Shown one piece after another: positions 62,591 to 64,000 of a DNA stretch of 64,000 bases. The notes beneath the pieces were generated by a model, which saw nothing but the letters and a program-made list of their open reading frames with translations, was not told the origin of the DNA and did not search any database. Positions within the stretch are counted from its first letter, which is position 1, and the number at the start of each line of letters is the position of its first letter. The stretch spans positions 1 to 64,000 of the forward strand of contig CAWCDG010000008.1 of the NCBI GenBank assembly GCA_963794325.1, written 5' to 3'. This stretch comes from an uncultured delta proteobacterium (GTDB lineage: Bacteria; Desulfobacterota; Binatia; Binatales; Binataceae). The position numbers and the translations under genes were made by a program.

Positions 62591-64000
62591 ATGAGCCCAG
62601 AACCCTCACCTAATCTATTTCATAAAGTAACCAGCGAGAGATCAGAGAGCAGCGGGCTTCGGATTGATAGTCCGGTTGCGGGGATGCCCGGGATTGGCCC
62701 TAAGCGCGCGGCGGCTCTGGAAGCTCGCGGGATCGTTACCGCAGGCGACCTCGTCTTCCATTTGCCGGTGCGTTACCAGGACTGGCGCGAGCGCTCGTTT
62801 CCTAAAGATCTGCGCGCTGGAAATACAGTCGTCATCGAAGGTGACCTCGGAAAGATTTTTGAGCGGCCGATGCGCGGCTCGCGGTGGCGACGGTTGGCGT
62901 CGGGATCGCTCAACGTTGGCGGTCGCCAGATTCGAGTCGTGTGGTTTAATTTGCCCGCTTACATGCGCGGCTATTTGCCGGGTGGCGAGCGCGTTTTGGT
63001 ACGTGGACGAGTCGCGACGGACGCGGACGGCGGGATCGAAATAGTCCAGCCTGAGTTGCATCGGCTATCGGACGGCGAGCCGAAGGGGATCCGCGCAGTT
63101 TATCGCTTGCCGTCGATTGTTGGCCAGCGGCTGTTCGCGAATCTGGTGTCGCGCGCTCTGCTCGAGGCAGGCGATTCGATCTGTGGAGCGATCCCGGATC
63201 AAATGCGCGACAACATACCGACAGTTCGCGACGCCCTGAGCTATCTCCACGATCCGCCGCCCGATGCCGACTTTGACGCGCTCGCCAACGGCGCGTCGCC
63301 GGGGCATCTGGCGCTCGCGTTCGATGAACTGTTCGCATTCGAGATCGCGCTTTCGATAGAACGCCTTCGCGGCGCGCGCCGTGTTGGAATCGCGCTCGAC
63401 GGCTCCCGAAGCTCCAGTGCGAGGATGATAGATGAGCTGCCCTTTGCGCTGACCGGATCGCAATCGCGCGCGATCCAAGAACTTGGCGACGACCTTGCGC
63501 GGCCGAATCAGATGAGCCGGATGCTTATGGGCGACGTCGGTAGCGGCAAGACGATCGTCGCATTCTGGGCGATGATTCGCGCGATCGAGTGTGGGCATCA
63601 GGCGGCGATGATGGCGCCGACCGAACTACTCGCCGAGCAGCACTGGCGCGGATTCGCGCGGGTTGGCGATAAGCTGGGTATAAGGCACGCGCTGCTCACC
63701 GGGAGCGTGACGGGTGCGGCGCGCAACCAGATTCTGCGGGGGCTCGCGAGCGGCGAGATCGCGGCCGTGTTCGGGACGCACGCGCTTATACAGGAACGGG
63801 TGCGGATGAAGGGACTGGCGCTCGGCGTGATCGACGAGCAGCATCGATTCGGCGTCTTCGATCGCGCAAAGCTGAAAGCATTGGGGCCGAAAGCGAATGT
63901 GTTGATGATGACGGCGACGCCGATTCCGCGAAGCCTTGCGATGAGCCTGTTCGCGAACCTGGACGTCTCATTTCTCGATGAGTTGCCCGCCGGACGGACC
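62591..64000 (+). CDS. recG: ATP-dependent DNA helicase RecG (3'-partial)
   Basis: Manual translation: GIGPKRA..L...GI, GDVGSGKT, MAPTELLAEQH, IDEQHRFG, MTATPIPRSL; runs off the window so it is absent from the ORF track. Confidence 0.93.
   Translation, partial: MSPEPSPNLFHKVTSERSESSGLRIDSPVAGMPGIGPKRAAALEARGIVTAGDLVFHLPVRYQDWRERSFPKDLRAGNTVVIEGDLGKIFERPMRGSRWRRLASGSLNVGGRQIRVVWFNLPAYMRGYLPGGERVLVRGRVATDADGGIEIVQPELHRLSDGEPKGIRAVYRLPSIVGQRLFANLVSRALLEAGDSICGAIPDQMRDNIPTVRDALSYLHDPPPDADFDALANGASPGHLALAFDELFAFEIALSIERLRGARRVGIALDGSRSSSARMIDELPFALTGSQSRAIQELGDDLARPNQMSRMLMGDVGSGKTIVAFWAMIRAIECGHQAAMMAPTELLAEQHWRGFARVGDKLGIRHALLTGSVTGAARNQILRGLASGEIAAVFGTHALIQERVRMKGLALGVIDEQHRFGVFDRAKLKALGPKANVLMMTATPIPRSLAMSLFANLDVSFLDELPAGRT

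Overview
GC-rich bacterial chromosome segment. Gene order and content suggest a Gram-negative, deltaproteobacteria-like lineage such as Candidatus Binatia; this is an inference only. Most of the window is housekeeping: hisS-aspS, yebC-ruvCAB, icd, mdh-sdhCAB-sucCD-ndk-rlmN-mtnP, ugd/epimerase, lepA-lepB, pyrR-pyrB-pyrC-carAB and a partial recG, interspersed with accessory genes. Main observations: (1) an integrase-less, AT-richer ~2.5 kb islet bounded by a 48-bp duplication of an alcohol dehydrogenase 3' end, carrying a tight three-gene operon that looks like a chaperone/antitoxin/ADP-ribosyltransferase defence module and lies next to an orphan phage-type lysozyme; (2) an apparent PyrB-PyrI(Zn domain)-PyrR triple fusion inside a pyr operon with a PyrR attenuator; (3) two families of dispersed palindromic repeats, one with a telomere-like G-rich tail; (4) a duplicated promoter-like 22-mer bracketing a single gene. 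At least eight genes carry single-base frameshifts, mostly insertions. These most likely reflect sequencing or assembly error rather than true pseudogenes.
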